Source of the DNA: Octopus bimaculoides
Taxonomy: Eukaryota
Reading direction: 5' to 3'
Assembly (NCBI RefSeq): GCF_001194135.2
Contig: NC_069004.1
Span: 34,507,037-34,547,342 of the forward strand
Length of the DNA: 40,306 nt
Below are positions 37,732 through 40,306 of the stretch, one piece after another. Both the position numbers and the translations under genes were made by a program. Numbering within the stretch: the stretch's first letter is position 1; each line of letters opens with the position of its first letter. A model generated the notes under the pieces. It was not told the origin of the DNA. It did not search any database and saw nothing but the letters and a program-made list of their open reading frames with translations.

Positions 37732-38330
37732 ATTTGTTTCGTTTCGTTTTCCTTCAATACTTATTTTTTCTCCAATTCGCTCATTTGTTTTCAAGAGTGT
37801 CTTTAATAAAGATTTATCTGTGACGACATATCAAAGCTGCGATGTAGTAGAGAGCGTTAAATAAATTACAAACATTCGTCTTGTTATGTGTTTCAAACTC
37901 GAATTTTTAGCCACTTGTATTTTCTTTATATGTCGTCCATTTTGTTATTAACGATTTTGTGGCTGTTGCTGTTGTTGCTGCTTCTGCTGATGGCTTATAT
38001 TTTTAATGTTTACTAATTCTTCATCTTCGCTCTTGTTGATACAATATTTTATATTACATTTGTAATTTCTTTATTTTGTGAATTCATTTTTTTCTCCGCT
38101 TATTTTCTATATTAAGATATTTACCAGGACATGTGTACATACAAATATACAAATTAATATACGCATACATGTGTAGATATATAGATATGTAAATATGCGT
38201 GGAAGTCATAATTAAGTATCTATATATCTACACACAAGCACACACATATCTACATATATGCATTCCGTTCTAACTTGAGGAAGTCATTACGCCAAAAATA
38301 CAAAAACAAAAGTGAAGTGATGTGTGTGTC

Positions 38331-38361
<31 letters not shown>

Positions 38362-38970
38362 TATATATTATATATATATATATATATACACACAAAAAAA
38401 ATTCATATGTACATATTTGGCATGAATATATCTATACAAGTATTATATAATATATATATATATATATATACATATATATAAATACCTCCAACATATACAA
38501 CACAATGATAGTATCGCAAATTCGATATATGGGTAGCGTAGACCGATTTCTCCTTGAACAATTTCACTTTTATATGGTTTGCTCTGATAATGAGTACCAA
38601 CAGAATGACAATGCAGCGTTCAATCTCTCTCTCACTCTCTGTCTGTTTGTCTGTCTCTCATATTCTTAACGTGTCGTTCGGTAAAAATGTGGAAGCGTCC
38701 AAAGTGTATCCATGTCTGCCCATCACAATACAAGCAGCTTAAATAATTAATGAAAGAATGGTACAAGCTGTCAAGCCATGCTTCTCCGTCACATTCCTCT
38801 TTCCCTTACTTTGTGTTCCTCTCTGGTACATCTTCACCTTTACTCTTCCTCTCTCACTCTCTCTTTCTGCTCCTCTCTGACACTTCTTTGTGTTCCTCTC
38901 TTTACTCTTCCTCTCCCTCCCGTACTACATATATTTCCTATTCGTACATACTGGTGGGCCTATATTGTCC

Positions 38971-39040
38971 GACGGATGCAATGCCGCTAATGGTTTTGCT
39001 GGACGTGCTAACGATATTGCCGGTTTGTCACCCGCCTTAT
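38971..39040 (-). mobile_element. SINE family A head, degenerate
   Basis: gacggatgcaatgccgctaatggttttgctggacgtgctaacgatattgccggtttgtcacccgccttat matches the reverse-strand A head. Confidence 0.7.
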
Positions 39041-39144
39041 ATCAAAAACAAATATTACTAACAATTTGTTCCATTTCTTTACTTCCTGACTTCAAATATT
39101 TCTGATATCTACTTACATTTTCATTCATTCGGATGCAATATATC

Positions 39145-39530
39145 AAAGTACCAGTTATATAACTGGGAGAACCAATTTAATTGACAAATTCCGTTGCCTT
39201 CAAATTTCAACCGTTGTGCCTATTCTAGTAACATTTATTTACTTTTGGTTCGGCACTTGTTCACCTCAAATATCCCGGTGTCAACGTTAACTGTAAACAT
39301 TTCAAGATTTGTGAAAGTACCAGCTATACACTAGGATCAATCTAATCAACTAAGCCCCTCCCCTCAAATTCGATATTCTCCTTTTTAGAAAAATCATTTG
39401 TCCCAATACTGCACATTCTGACCTCAAGTCCCGTCCATGCCAACTCTGAATTTCATCCTTTGAAAGATCAATAAAAATGTACCAGTAATAAACTGGAGAG
39501 AAATAGTTTAATAGACTAAGCTCTGTTCTT
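39145..39530 (+). mobile_element. Three degenerate, headless SINE A 3' fragments in tandem
   Basis: aagtaccag...ctgg module at 39151, 39320 and 39482; the third is preceded by a degenerate B-box/body segment (cattctgacctcaagtccc...tttcatcctttgaaagatcaataaaa). Confidence 0.65.
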
Positions 39531-40306
39531 TCATATTTCTGACCCTGTTTCAATGCTAGAAATCGATATTCGTGCCTGTTGTTAGTGATTCTACTGATAA
39601 CAAAGGCAGCAGAAATAATGTAAGCGGCAAACATTTGGATTGAATGCAACTTGGACAGATTCAAACATCTCCTTGTTTCACAGCCAAGGTATGAAGATCT
39701 CTAATATTACAAATGAATATTTGAAATTATCGTATATTTGTAGTCACCAATTCTTGAAACTGTCACGTATTTCTATTTCAGACTACTTAGGAAATTCTTT
39801 ATATTGGTGTCCCATAAAAAACGTTCCCATATATTTGAAATGTTCCATTTCTTTAATAGTCTCTCTGGGGAAGATGTTCTCAGTCTTCAGAGCCCAGGCT
39901 CTCAAATAATCCAGCTTTATAATGACAAGAACATTGGATAGTTTGCCAAAAACTCATAATGACTGTTACACGAAATTGTCTTTGTGGCAATAATACAGGG
40001 AGAGAGAAAGAGAGAGAGGGGGAGCAAGCAACGAAGACAAATGAGGAAGCTAACATATTTCTACTTTAAGTCCGATTTAATCTTAGTATCGTGAGATGAC
40101 TATGGCTTGTGTTCGTCGGCCATGCAACATATTTTCATCTGATGAAGAACACACAACACACCTTCCAACAATACCATCTCCTCCTTAACATGTATGGAAG
40201 GTCATGCAACATCCTCAAAAACACACATGTAGGTATATATAGAAATGGATAGATGTGTACACACATACACACAGAGTAACGTATATATATATATATATAT
40301 ATATAT

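Overview
AT-rich, microsatellite-dense eukaryotic non-coding DNA with eight assembly gaps, almost all next to dinucleotide repeats. The interspersed repeats match what I recall as octopus tRNA-derived SINEs, so the source is most likely an Octopus genome (inference, no database search run). I find no supportable protein-coding gene: nearly all ORFs in the track are translations of (TA)n/(CA)n/(TG)n, triplet repeats, N-gaps or SINE antisense strands. Identifiable content: over 20 SINE copies or fragments from at least three families (my labels A, B, C, plus a variant carrying a C-type head), two dead non-LTR retrotransposon ORF2 3' remnants (about 5.4-6.0 kb and 17.3-17.5 kb), and many simple repeats. 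The most unusual signal is the number of fold-back structures: a near-perfect ~90-bp inverted repeat at 36141-36358, a perfect 18-bp pre-miRNA-sized hairpin inside a LINE remnant at 17283-17334, two SINE fold-backs (7598-7757, 34690-34899) and two imperfect hairpins (68-212, 4041-4116). There are also five copies of the YY1/Pho-type motif AANATGGCGG outside recognisable repeats. None of this proves a new system. The best hypothesis is a locus rich in repeat-derived dsRNA (ADAR or small-RNA substrates) if it is transcribed, for example as an intron.
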